A DNA stretch of 64,000 nt, taken from the NCBI GenBank assembly GCA_965218545.1, contig CBDCLB010000002.1, positions 776,622-840,621 on the forward strand, given 5' to 3'. This document shows, piece by piece, positions 28,091-36,727 of the stretch (position 1 is its first letter; each line of letters opens with the position of its first letter). The translations under genes were made by a program, and so were the position numbers. The notes beneath the pieces were generated by a model, which searched no databases, was not told the origin of the DNA, and saw only the letters and a program-made list of their open reading frames with translations. Source of the DNA: Acidobacteriaceae bacterium. Its GTDB lineage: Bacteria; Acidobacteriota; Terriglobia; Terriglobales; Acidobacteriaceae.

Positions 28091-28417
28091 TTAGTAACGG
28101 TCGTGGTCCCCATGCCAGTGATCGCGATCGCGATCCCAGCCCCGCTCATACGCGCGCTGCCGCTCCCACTGCTCGTGCCGCCATTCCGCTGCCCGTTCGG
28201 CTTCCCACTGTTCACGCCGCTCGTGCTCAATCCAACGCTGACGGCGGTAGGCGTCATAGGCGTACGGGTCGTTGTAGCCGTACACCGGAGCAGGGTATGC
28301 GCCGACGCCGACGGCAAACGTGACCTGGGCTTCGGCTTTGTGCGGAGCTGCAAACAGGAGCGCCCCCGCGAGAGCCGCGCCCGTCATCCATTTTGTAATC
28401 GTCTTTGTGCTGCGCAT
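28091..28417 (-). CDS. small secreted Trp/Arg/Glu/His-rich protein
   Basis: GGAGGTG SD lies 5 nt upstream of the ATG. Signal peptide (AALAGALLFAAPHKAEA), then a mature part rich in W, R, E, D and H (…QWEAERAAEWRHEQWERQRAYERGWDRDRDHWHGDHDRY). Confidence 0.6.
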   Translation of the reverse strand: MRSTKTITKWMTGAALAGALLFAAPHKAEAQVTFAVGVGAYPAPVYGYNDPYAYDAYRRQRWIEHERREQWEAERAAEWRHEQWERQRAYERGWDRDRDHWHGDHDRY

Positions 28418-28441
28418 CGTGTCACCTCCGTGCTACGAGGG

Positions 28442-28474
28442 AAAAAACACACGCGCGGCCCGCGAGTTTCGCGC
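28442..28474 (-). terminator. candidate terminator after the 5-formyl-THF cyclo-ligase gene
   Basis: Minus-strand GC hairpin (GCGCG...CGCGC, with inner CGCGA-AAC-TCGCG) followed by GTGTGTTTTTT. Confidence 0.4.
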
Positions 28475-28480
28475 AACTTT

Positions 28481-29092
28481 TCAGCGCGGCTGCGGTTGGC
28501 GCTCGGTTATGCCCGCTTCGGTCACCACGCAATCGAGCGGGACGTCGTGGGTTTGCGGCTGGATGGATGGGAGCCTCGCCAGATGGAAGCCGAGGCCGAT
28601 CGCGAGCGGTCTTTTTCGCGCCCCGGCAAGCGTCCGATCGTAATAGCCGCCGCCGTATCCTAGCCGGTAACAGCTTTCATCAAACCCGACCACGGGAATT
28701 ACCAGCACGTCCGGCTCCACGCCCCTGCCCTCGCTCGGATGTTGGAGCCCGGATGGCTCGGCTTCCGTCGCATCGCCCGGCTTCCACAGCCGGAAAGCGA
28801 GGGGCAGGTCGCGTCCAACCACCACGGGCAGCGCCGTCGCGCCGCCTTCTTCTTCCACGAGCGTGAACACGGCCCAGGGGTCGATCTCGCCGCGAAAGGG
28901 CCAGTACAGCCCGACGGTTCCACCTGCCCAACCCTTGAGCCGCGCCCGCAGCCGTTTCAGTGCGCGGGCGCTTGCCTTTGCTTGCTGATCGGGCGGAAGC
29001 GCGGCGCGGGCCGCAAGCAGCTCCGCGCGCATCGCCCTGCGCCAGGTTCGCGCTCCCTCCGCCGTTAGCGCGCCGGGTTCAATCGTCGTCAT
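28481..29092 (-). CDS. 5-formyltetrahydrofolate cyclo-ligase
   Basis: LYWPFRGEIDP and GYGGGYYDRTL are motifs typical of MTHFS/YgfA. Confidence 0.8.
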   Translation of the reverse strand: MTTIEPGALTAEGARTWRRAMRAELLAARAALPPDQQAKASARALKRLRARLKGWAGGTVGLYWPFRGEIDPWAVFTLVEEEGGATALPVVVGRDLPLAFRLWKPGDATEAEPSGLQHPSEGRGVEPDVLVIPVVGFDESCYRLGYGGGYYDRTLAGARKRPLAIGLGFHLARLPSIQPQTHDVPLDCVVTEAGITERQPQPR

Positions 29093-31889
29093 CCTTGCGC
29101 TTGCCGCCTTTGACCGGGTGCCGCAGCTGTTCGGGCAGCGGGGCCGCGCTCATCGCATCGCGCCACAAGATCGCGTTGAGCTCCGCCGTGGGTGCCTGGT
29201 CCGCGTGGGTAAAGTCCATCCGCGCTGATTCACGCGCTCCCGGGCTCCGGGCCGTGTTCGCCTGGTAAATCAGCCCGTTGTCGCGGTTGCGCGCATCCGC
29301 TGTAAAGGCCGGCTGGTCGCCCGGACCGGCAAACAGCGGCGCCATCACCGGCGCGAAGGCGTCGTTGTTGTTCATCGGCGGCAGGGCCAGGAGGCTTTCC
29401 ATCGTACGGATCGTGCTCACGGTCGTATAGAAGCGGTGGTCCACAAAGGGCTTTTCACCTTCGGGCCGGGGCGCGTACTTGCTCACAACCAGGCAAACGC
29501 TGCGGTGCGCGTCCACGTGGTCCGCGCCATCCTGCGCATCGTCTTCCAGGATAAAAAACGCGGTATCCGCCCAAAATAGGCTGTGCGAGACCGCTTCTAC
29601 CGCGCGCCCGACGGCCAGGTCGTTGTCCGCGATGGAAGCGGAGGGCGTCGGCATACCCGGCCTGGTGCCGGCGGTGTGGTCGTTTGGCAAGCGGAGCTGG
29701 ATAAAGTTCGGCATGGCGTCGCGGCCGGCGTTGCGCGCGTCCACCCAGCCCCGGAACTTGGTTAGGAATTCTTCCACCCGCAGCTGGTCGGGGAACGCGA
29801 GCTGGAAGTCCGGATACTGCGGGTCGAAGTGCCCCTGGAGCTCCGGCTTGGTTGCGGTGTTGGACGCGATCATGGGGATCGCCCACGGGTACGGGCTCAC
29901 GCCGCCGCCGTAGTTGGCCGGGATCGGCTCACCCTTGTGGATCGCGGGCCGCGGGCACCCGGTCGTCACCGGCTCGGGCGTGCCTTCCAGGGGCGATGCC
30001 TGCTTGGAAACAGGCGCTTTTTCCGCGCAGAACTTGGTCGAAATGTACTCGCCAAAGTGGTACAAGGTTTTGCCGTGCCGGGCGAGATCGCCCCATAGAT
30101 AGCCGCTTGCGGGCTCGTTCACGTCCGGGATGCCCTGGAGGATCGGGTAGCCGTTCGAGACCACGCCCTCGTAGTCGTAGGAGCGCTCACCGCCGCGGTA
30201 GCTCTGCTGCCAGGTCTTTTCCGTGTAATCGGAGGTGATGGCCGCGTTCGACCACACATGCCCATCGCCGGAAACTTCTGCCGAATCGTAAAAATTGTCG
30301 AGGATGCCGAACTGCTCGGCCAGCTTGTGCTCATTGGGCGTGATGTCGCGGCCGTACATCGTCAGTTTCGGATCACCGTTAGCGGCCGACTCATCGCCCA
30401 GGATCTGATCGTAAGTCCGATTTTCCTTAATAATGTAGATGATGTGCCGGATCGGGTTCGCGCCGGAGCGGAACGCGATCTGCTCGGCGGCGGCTTTTAT
30501 GCGGTTATCCCGGACCACCTCGGCGGTGTCCGCGGCAAGTTGCATGTCGAGTCCCGCGAGCGGAACCCGCGCAAACGTCCCGTGGAGCAGGGTACCGATA
30601 TAGGTGCGATCCGGGTGCGGCGTACCTTTGGGCGCGCCCTTTTGCGGGAAGTCATTCGGCCCCGTGCCCTCGCCCTTGGCTGTCGCGATCAGCAGCTCCT
30701 GCCCGGTTGCGGCGAGCGCCGTCGGATACCATCCGGTCGGCACAAACCCGAGCGGACGGGCTGCCTTTTTTTTCTTACCCGCGCGCGTGTCGAATACGGC
30801 CACCGCGTCCGAGCTCGCGTTAGCGGCGAACAGCCGCTCGCCGTCCGGCGAAACGGCGACCGCGTCCGGCACCGCGCCGAAGTACGTCTGGCCCGGCAGC
30901 TTGGTGTCGAAGAACCCCACGGCGTGCATCGATTTCACGTCGACCGCAGCCGCCATATCGCGGTTTGCCAGCGCGACGTATAGCCGTTTGCCGTTCGGCG
31001 CAAGCGCGAGCGCCGCCGGTTGCGAGCCCGCCGCCGTCGGCGTCCGTGGCCCGAGCAGGCTCGCCCGGCCCAGCACCCGGCCATGCACGAGGTCGAGCTT
31101 GGCAACGGCCGACCCGTTCCACAGCGCAACGAAACCCAGCTTGCCGTCCGGGGTTGCCGCCACTGTAATCGGGTAGGCCGCCGGTACCGTGCTGGTGGTA
31201 GAAAGATCAAACCGGGCCAAGACTTTGCCCGTTTCCGCGTCCATCAGCAGCGCATCGTCGGATAGATCATCGGCGATCAGCAGCGCGTCGCGACCGTTGG
31301 CATGCACCAGGCAAAGCCCTGAGGGGTATGGAATCGCCATCCCACGCGCCACGGGCTTCTTCAAGGCATTCTGCTGCTTACCGTTGGCAAGCTGTTGCAG
31401 GGGCACGGGCAGCAGACGCTCCGGCGTCAGTTTGCCGTTGTCCACGGAGTACACGGCGATCGCATTGCCGGTTTCCCCCGCGGCACCGCCTTCGGGCGCG
31501 GTCAAGGACGCGAAGCTTGCATACAGCCGCTTGCCGTCACTGCTCCACGCCAAGCCCTGGTACAGAGTCTGGTGGGCACGGTGGGCCAGGGTACGAACAT
31601 CGGGTGAGTCGATGTGCTCGCCTGTCTGGAGATCGACGACGAGCACCGACTGGTCGTAGTGCGACTCCGCCGTGCCATACCCTGCGTTCAGCGTCGCCGC
31701 ATAGCGCCCATCGGGCGATACCACCAGCGACATGGGCAGGCTGTTCTCCTGGAAGGGCGAGCCCGGCAGCGTCGCCTCGATCTGCTTGCTGCTCGGCAGG
31801 TTGTTTTGCGCGAAACAAACAGCGAGTGGAAGCGCAAGGAAAGCGGCTGAAGAAATGGCAAAAGGGCTGAGGCGCATCCTCTTCACCAT
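29079..31889 (-). CDS. fusion protein: YncE-like beta-propeller + phosphoesterase (phospholipase C/AcpA family)
   Basis: Signal peptide; the N-terminal ~450 aa has repeated propeller blades (SPDGRY, SSDGKRLY, TPDGKL, APNGKRLY, SPDGERLF). The C-terminal half begins IRHIIYIIKENRTYDQILGD, a phosphoesterase-family N-terminal motif. Confidence 0.75.
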   Translation of the reverse strand: MVKRMRLSPFAISSAAFLALPLAVCFAQNNLPSSKQIEATLPGSPFQENSLPMSLVVSPDGRYAATLNAGYGTAESHYDQSVLVVDLQTGEHIDSPDVRTLAHRAHQTLYQGLAWSSDGKRLYASFASLTAPEGGAAGETGNAIAVYSVDNGKLTPERLLPVPLQQLANGKQQNALKKPVARGMAIPYPSGLCLVHANGRDALLIADDLSDDALLMDAETGKVLARFDLSTTSTVPAAYPITVAATPDGKLGFVALWNGSAVAKLDLVHGRVLGRASLLGPRTPTAAGSQPAALALAPNGKRLYVALANRDMAAAVDVKSMHAVGFFDTKLPGQTYFGAVPDAVAVSPDGERLFAANASSDAVAVFDTRAGKKKKAARPLGFVPTGWYPTALAATGQELLIATAKGEGTGPNDFPQKGAPKGTPHPDRTYIGTLLHGTFARVPLAGLDMQLAADTAEVVRDNRIKAAAEQIAFRSGANPIRHIIYIIKENRTYDQILGDESAANGDPKLTMYGRDITPNEHKLAEQFGILDNFYDSAEVSGDGHVWSNAAITSDYTEKTWQQSYRGGERSYDYEGVVSNGYPILQGIPDVNEPASGYLWGDLARHGKTLYHFGEYISTKFCAEKAPVSKQASPLEGTPEPVTTGCPRPAIHKGEPIPANYGGGVSPYPWAIPMIASNTATKPELQGHFDPQYPDFQLAFPDQLRVEEFLTKFRGWVDARNAGRDAMPNFIQLRLPNDHTAGTRPGMPTPSASIADNDLAVGRAVEAVSHSLFWADTAFFILEDDAQDGADHVDAHRSVCLVVSKYAPRPEGEKPFVDHRFYTTVSTIRTMESLLALPPMNNNDAFAPVMAPLFAGPGDQPAFTADARNRDNGLIYQANTARSPGARESARMDFTHADQAPTAELNAILWRDAMSAAPLPEQLRHPVKGGKRKDDDD

Positions 31890-31941
31890 ACCCGCCTGGA
31901 CCGTGAGAAAACGCCCGGCTCGGAAAATTCACAATCGAGGT

Positions 31942-32988
31942 TCACGGCTCGTCGCGGTATACCGCGATCTCCGGCTTGCCTCCCTGCCGCAGCCTGGCCC
32001 GGAACATGCCCGGAGTGTTGAAGCTCCACGCCATCTGCCCGTCAGGCGTGAGAGCGATAACCCCGCCGTCGCCGTGGATCGCCTCAAGCTGCTTGTGGAT
32101 GACTTCGTCCGCGGCCGCTTGCAGTTTCATCCCTTTGTATTGCACCAGCGCGCAGACCGTGCGCGCAACGGTGAGGCGGATAAAGTATTCACCGGTGCCG
32201 GTGGCGGAAACCGCGCACGATTGGTTGGAAGCGTAGGTGCCCGCGCCGATGATGGGTGAGTCGCCAACCCGATCCCAGCGCTTTGCAGTCACGCCGCCGG
32301 TCGAGGTGCCCGCCGCGATATTGCCGTGCTGGTCCAAAGCCGCAACCCCGACCGTGCCGTACTTATGCGCTTCCGGCTGCTCAAAGAAGCTCAAAGGCTT
32401 GCCCGGCGCGGGCGGCGCGCCCGCGGGCCGCGCCGGTACCGGCAGTCCTTCGGCCTTCAGCTGTTTTTCAAGCGACTCCCAGCGCCGCTCGGTAAAGAAG
32501 TAGCTCGGCGGCTCCTGTTGCAAACCCACATGCGCCGAAAACGCGTCGGCTCCCGCGCCGATCATCATTACGTTTTGCGACTTGTCCATCACCGCGCGGG
32601 CAAGCGAGATGGGGTGCCGGGTTTTTTGCACGTCCGCGACAGCTCCGGCCTTCATCGTTGCGCCGTCCATCATGGCCGCATCCATCTGGTTGGTTCCATC
32701 CGCCGCGAACACCGCGCCGCGCCCAGCGTTGAACAGCGGATTGTCTTCAAGCAGCTTGATGGCGGCTTCCACCGCGTCTACAGCCGAGCCGCCATGGTCA
32801 AGCACCGCGCCCGCGGCCGTGATCGCTTCGTTCAAGCCCGCCCGGTACTGGGTTTCCGCCTCGGCGGTCATGGAGGAGCGCTCGATCACCCCGGCCCCGC
32901 CGTGCAGTACCACAGCCCACCTATGCGGCGTCTGCGCTTGCGCCTCCACCGCCATCGTTCCCAGCAGCACGATCCCCAGCCTTTTCAC
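31942..32988 (-). CDS. isoaspartyl peptidase / L-asparaginase (Ntn hydrolase)
   Basis: WAVVLHGGAG and GTVGVAALDQHGNIAAGTSTGG, with the autoprocessing Thr in context. The GTG start overlaps the upstream stop (GTGA). Confidence 0.88.
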   Translation of the reverse strand: MKRLGIVLLGTMAVEAQAQTPHRWAVVLHGGAGVIERSSMTAEAETQYRAGLNEAITAAGAVLDHGGSAVDAVEAAIKLLEDNPLFNAGRGAVFAADGTNQMDAAMMDGATMKAGAVADVQKTRHPISLARAVMDKSQNVMMIGAGADAFSAHVGLQQEPPSYFFTERRWESLEKQLKAEGLPVPARPAGAPPAPGKPLSFFEQPEAHKYGTVGVAALDQHGNIAAGTSTGGVTAKRWDRVGDSPIIGAGTYASNQSCAVSATGTGEYFIRLTVARTVCALVQYKGMKLQAAADEVIHKQLEAIHGDGGVIALTPDGQMAWSFNTPGMFRARLRQGGKPEIAVYRDEP

Positions 32989-34349
32989 GGGCGTTCTCCC
33001 GCGACGTCATTCCGCACCACTTTGCCGCCCTTCATTACAAACCGAACCCGGCGCACCGCCGAGATATCCGTGAGCGGATCGCCGTCTACCGCGATCACAT
33101 CCGCGTAGAAGCCGGGCTTAAGCTCCCCCATCTGCCCTTCCCAGCCCAGGAGCCGCGCGCCATGGAGCAGGTCGGCGCGCAGCACATCGGGCGCGGGCAT
33201 CCCGTACTCCACCATTAGCTCCAGCTCCCGCCCCTGCGTTCCATGCGGGAACGGTCCCACGTCCGAGCCGACTGCCATGGGCACACCCGCTTCAAGCTGC
33301 TTGCGAAACTCCGCCCTATGGAACTGGAGCAGCGCACGCTCACGCGAGGCGGTTTCAGGCGTTGCCGCGTGCGCGGCGAAGTACTCGGAAATCGTGAACG
33401 TCGGGACCGCATAGATCTGCTTTTCCTTCATCAGCCGCATGGTGTCCGGGCTTAGCTGGTAGGCGTGGTCGATCGAGGCCACGCCCGCCGCGGCTGCGAA
33501 CCCCGCGCCGGGCTCGGCTGTGCAGTGCACCCCCACCCGCGTCCCCACCCGCGCCGCTTCCGCGACCGCCGCCGCCAGCTGCGCTTCCGTGTACTGGTAG
33601 GGCGCGGTCAGCTTCCCATCCGCGAAGTGGTCCGCGCCCGTTTCGTAGATCTTCGTGAAGTCCGAGCCTTCTTTGCGCTGCTCCCGCATCACGTGGATGA
33701 GCTCGTCTGCGCTATCGGCGTAGGTTGCGTTGCCGGGCACGTGCGCGGCCGGGTTGTAGTGGAGCGCGTCCTCGTGCCCGCCCGTAATGCTGATGGCGTT
33801 GCCGCTCACCCGCATGCGCGGCCCGGGGATCAGGCCGGCGTCGATCGCCTCGCGCACGGCAGTATCGGCCGAGCCGGCCCCCTCGGTGCCCATGTCGCGC
33901 TCCGCCGTGAAGCCGGCCATCACATCGGCCCGCGCGGCCAGCTCCGCCCGGATGGTGCGCTCGGGGACGGATTCGATGACGGTTTGCAGGTCCTCCGCCC
34001 CGGGGTGGAGAAACAGGTGCACGTGCGCGTCGATCAGCCCGGGCATCAGCGTTGTGGAGCCCAGGTCGAGCACCCGCGCCCCCGGCGGATGGGGCACGGA
34101 GGCACCCGCGGCGACGATGCGCTCGCCCTCCACCAGCACCTCGCCGGGGGAAACGAGCGCGCCTCGACTCACGTCAAGGAGATGTGCTCCGCGCAGCACC
34201 GTCGGAGCGGAAGCCGGGAGCTGCTGCGCGCCCAACGCCGCTGCCGGCGCAAGGACCGCGAGTGCAATGCAGCGCAAAGCCGGGAAAGGGGCCCAAAGCA
34301 TGGCAAGGATGCTAGCACGGCTCACGGCGTAAGCAAGCGTCGCGGCCAA
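32985..34349 (-). CDS. metal-dependent amidohydrolase (imidazolonepropionase/prolidase-like)
   Basis: TLMPGLIDAHVHLF is the HxH metal motif, followed by later VHCT and D residues of the amidohydrolase fold. ATG 34301 (MLWAPFPAL... signal peptide) is an alternative start. Confidence 0.8.
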   Translation of the reverse strand: MAATLAYAVSRASILAMLWAPFPALRCIALAVLAPAAALGAQQLPASAPTVLRGAHLLDVSRGALVSPGEVLVEGERIVAAGASVPHPPGARVLDLGSTTLMPGLIDAHVHLFLHPGAEDLQTVIESVPERTIRAELAARADVMAGFTAERDMGTEGAGSADTAVREAIDAGLIPGPRMRVSGNAISITGGHEDALHYNPAAHVPGNATYADSADELIHVMREQRKEGSDFTKIYETGADHFADGKLTAPYQYTEAQLAAAVAEAARVGTRVGVHCTAEPGAGFAAAAGVASIDHAYQLSPDTMRLMKEKQIYAVPTFTISEYFAAHAATPETASRERALLQFHRAEFRKQLEAGVPMAVGSDVGPFPHGTQGRELELMVEYGMPAPDVLRADLLHGARLLGWEGQMGELKPGFYADVIAVDGDPLTDISAVRRVRFVMKGGKVVRNDVAGERP

Positions 34350-34475
34350 GGATTCCCTTCTTGGGAATCCTCAGCTGCGCTTCCCCATTTTGAAACCCCC
34401 GCTGCCCTGATTGCGAACATGCGGCTTGCCGCGCGCCAAACGTGTGGCAGACTTACCCAAGAGGTCACCCCATCT

Positions 34476-35315
34476 ATGAAGCTTTCGCTCGTGGTCGCGT
34501 CCTTGGGGCGCACAAGGGAGGTTGAAGAACTGTTCGAAAGCTTCCGCGAGCAGCCTTTCCGAGACTTTGAAGTCCTTTTGGTTGATCAGAACGACGATGG
34601 ACGGCTTGATCCCATCGTTGAACACTACGCGTCCCAGTTCACGCTGAGGCATCTGCGTTCGGATGTCCGCAATGCGTCGCACGCGCGCAATGTGGGGCTC
34701 GCCGAAGCCGCGGGCGAGATTGTGGGCTTCCCGGACGACGACTGTTTGTACCTGCCCGGCACCATGGAGCGCGTGGTGGCGCACTTTGAAAGCGACCCCG
34801 GCCTCGTTTTGCTGGGCGGCAGCTGCGTTTCGCCCACAGGCGAGCTGGTCAACGGCCGCTGGACGCTGCACTCCTGCCCCATCACCGAAAAGAACGTTTG
34901 GACCACTATGCAAGGGTTTTCCATGTGGATCCGCACCGCGGAAGCCCGCTCGGTCGGGGGCTTTGACCCCGCGATCGGCCCCGGCACCCCGTGGGGGTCG
35001 AGCGAGGAGCCGGACTTCGGCCTGCGCCTGCTCCGGCGCGGGTACCGGGGCTTTTACGATGTCAAGCTGGGCGTCCGGCACCCGGACAAGAGCCTCAGCG
35101 CGCACGCCACCGCCCGCGCTTTTGAGTACGGCGCGGGGATGGGCCGCGTGCTGCGCCGCCACTCGATCGCCGCCCCCATCACCCTTCCCTACTTCATCCG
35201 CCCTTTCGGCGGCGTGCTGCTTTCGCTCCTCCGGGTGCGCGGCGGCCATGCCCGCTACTACTGGGGCACCCTGCGTGGGCGCCTGTTTGGTTATCTAGCC
35301 CAGCCCGCGCGCTAG
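34476..35315 (+). CDS. glycosyltransferase family 2
   Basis: MKLSLVVASLGRTREVEELFESF...FEVLLVDQNDD and FPDDDCLY (DxD). The 616-aa track ORF is a 5' shadow extension antisense to the amidohydrolase gene. Confidence 0.8.
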   Translation: MKLSLVVASLGRTREVEELFESFREQPFRDFEVLLVDQNDDGRLDPIVEHYASQFTLRHLRSDVRNASHARNVGLAEAAGEIVGFPDDDCLYLPGTMERVVAHFESDPGLVLLGGSCVSPTGELVNGRWTLHSCPITEKNVWTTMQGFSMWIRTAEARSVGGFDPAIGPGTPWGSSEEPDFGLRLLRRGYRGFYDVKLGVRHPDKSLSAHATARAFEYGAGMGRVLRRHSIAAPITLPYFIRPFGGVLLSLLRVRGGHARYYWGTLRGRLFGYLAQPAR

Positions 35316-35338
35316 CTTTCGCCGGCGAGACAAGGTTT

Positions 35339-36277
35339 ATGGAAGAGCAAGCATACATCCCGGCGAAAGGCACCCCCGCACCACAGCTCCAGATTGTGGT
35401 TGGGATTGCCACCAGCGGACGCCCGGAGGTCCTCGCCGAAACCCTGGCCGATCTCCTTCGGCAATCCCAACCACCCTCTGGAGTGGTGGTTCTGTACGGC
35501 AAGAAAAGCGACATTGAGCAGCTGCCCGCGCGTTTTCCGTTTTTCCGCTTTATCCAAGGCGCAGGCGGACTTTGCGAAAAGCGCAACCGCATTCTCGATG
35601 AGATCGCGGGCGGAATGGCGGAAACGGATCTTCTGCTGTTTATCGACGACGACTTTCTTCTTGACCGCGACTATCTCCGGGTGATCGCGCATGCCTTCGC
35701 GGCGAACGGGAGCATGGCCGCCGCTACGGGTGCCGTGCTTGCCGACGGCGCCAAGGGCCCGGGACTCACGGTGAACGAAGGCCGGGCCACGCTTGGCCGC
35801 GCCGGCTTCCCTGGCCCGCACCTTGACGAGCCGCGCCCGGCGTTCAACACGTACGGCTGCAACATGGCTTTCCGGCTTGAAACAATCCGGGAGCACGGGC
35901 TCCGGTTTGACGAGCAGCTGCCCGCCTATGGCTGGTACGAGGACATCGATTTCTCGCGGCGGCTGCTTGCCCACGGCTCCGTCATGCACGTTCCCGGGGC
36001 CCGGGGTGTGCACCTCGGCACCAAGGCGGGGCGTGTTTCCGGCCGGCGGCTCGGCTATTCTCAGGTTGCAAACCCTGCCTACCTGTTCCGCAAGGGGAGC
36101 TTCCCCTTGGGAAACACGCTGCGCTCCATCGGACGCAACTTTGCTTCCAACCTCGTGCGGAGCGTAGCTCCGGAATCGTATGTAGATCGGCGAGGGCGGC
36201 TGCGCGGCAACCTTCTGGCTTTCGGAGACTTTCTGCGCGGGCGCATGCACCCGAGCCGTATCTCCCGGATGAACTGA
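35339..36277 (+). CDS. glycosyltransferase family 2
   Basis: IVVGIATSGRPEVLAETLADLL and LLFIDDDFLL (DxD). Confidence 0.75.
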   Translation: MEEQAYIPAKGTPAPQLQIVVGIATSGRPEVLAETLADLLRQSQPPSGVVVLYGKKSDIEQLPARFPFFRFIQGAGGLCEKRNRILDEIAGGMAETDLLLFIDDDFLLDRDYLRVIAHAFAANGSMAAATGAVLADGAKGPGLTVNEGRATLGRAGFPGPHLDEPRPAFNTYGCNMAFRLETIREHGLRFDEQLPAYGWYEDIDFSRRLLAHGSVMHVPGARGVHLGTKAGRVSGRRLGYSQVANPAYLFRKGSFPLGNTLRSIGRNFASNLVRSVAPESYVDRRGRLRGNLLAFGDFLRGRMHPSRISRMN

Positions 36278-36727
36278 ATGCCCGCGAAGCTTAACTTGCG
36301 ATTACCGTGTTGGTTAACAATGTAACTCGTACCCGGTTTATAAAAATAGAAAATGCAATTTTCCCGGATCATCTTTGTGTTCTTTGGTAATCCATTCTTA
36401 TGGAAGAGATCTGAAGGCTTGCCATATGAAAATCGACCGTAAAGACTCATGCATTCCGCGGTTCCGCCGATAGGTCTTGTAGACAGGTCAGGTTACCTCA
36501 CCAAGCTTTTCGGAGAGATTTTGGTGACCTAAGAGTGCTTGAGTAACTCTCTCCTGTTAATGCTACTTTTGATCAGAAACGCAGCGGCTGGATAAATTTA
36601 CCTACCGACAGATCGCAAAAGCGACAAACCTGCACAGCATTGCCCCAAAAGCGGGCAGCGCACACTTCAGCTCCCACCCGAACCGCGATGCGGGGAGGGC
36701 GGCACAGCCAAAAGGCCGGATGCAACT
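36278..36727 (+). promoter_or_regulatory. AT-rich non-coding region upstream of wza-wzc (probable promoter/regulatory region)
   Basis: ~450 nt with no credible ORF. This is the lowest G+C by eye in the window (for example TTTATAAAAATAGAAAATGCAATTTT). Confidence 0.4.

Noticed and set aside
28418-29100. 6S RNA (ssrS), which in many bacteria lies immediately upstream of the 5-formyl-THF cyclo-ligase gene
   Set aside because: The cyclo-ligase start is overlapped by the 3' end of the 936-aa gene, so there is no upstream non-coding space. The 60-nt downstream gap holds only a terminator-like hairpin.
33465-34475. 5' two-thirds of the 616-aa ORF 33465-35315
   Set aside because: This part is antisense to the amidohydrolase gene and has shadow composition. 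The GT2 domain begins at MKLSLVVASLG (ATG 34476) after the divergent intergenic region.
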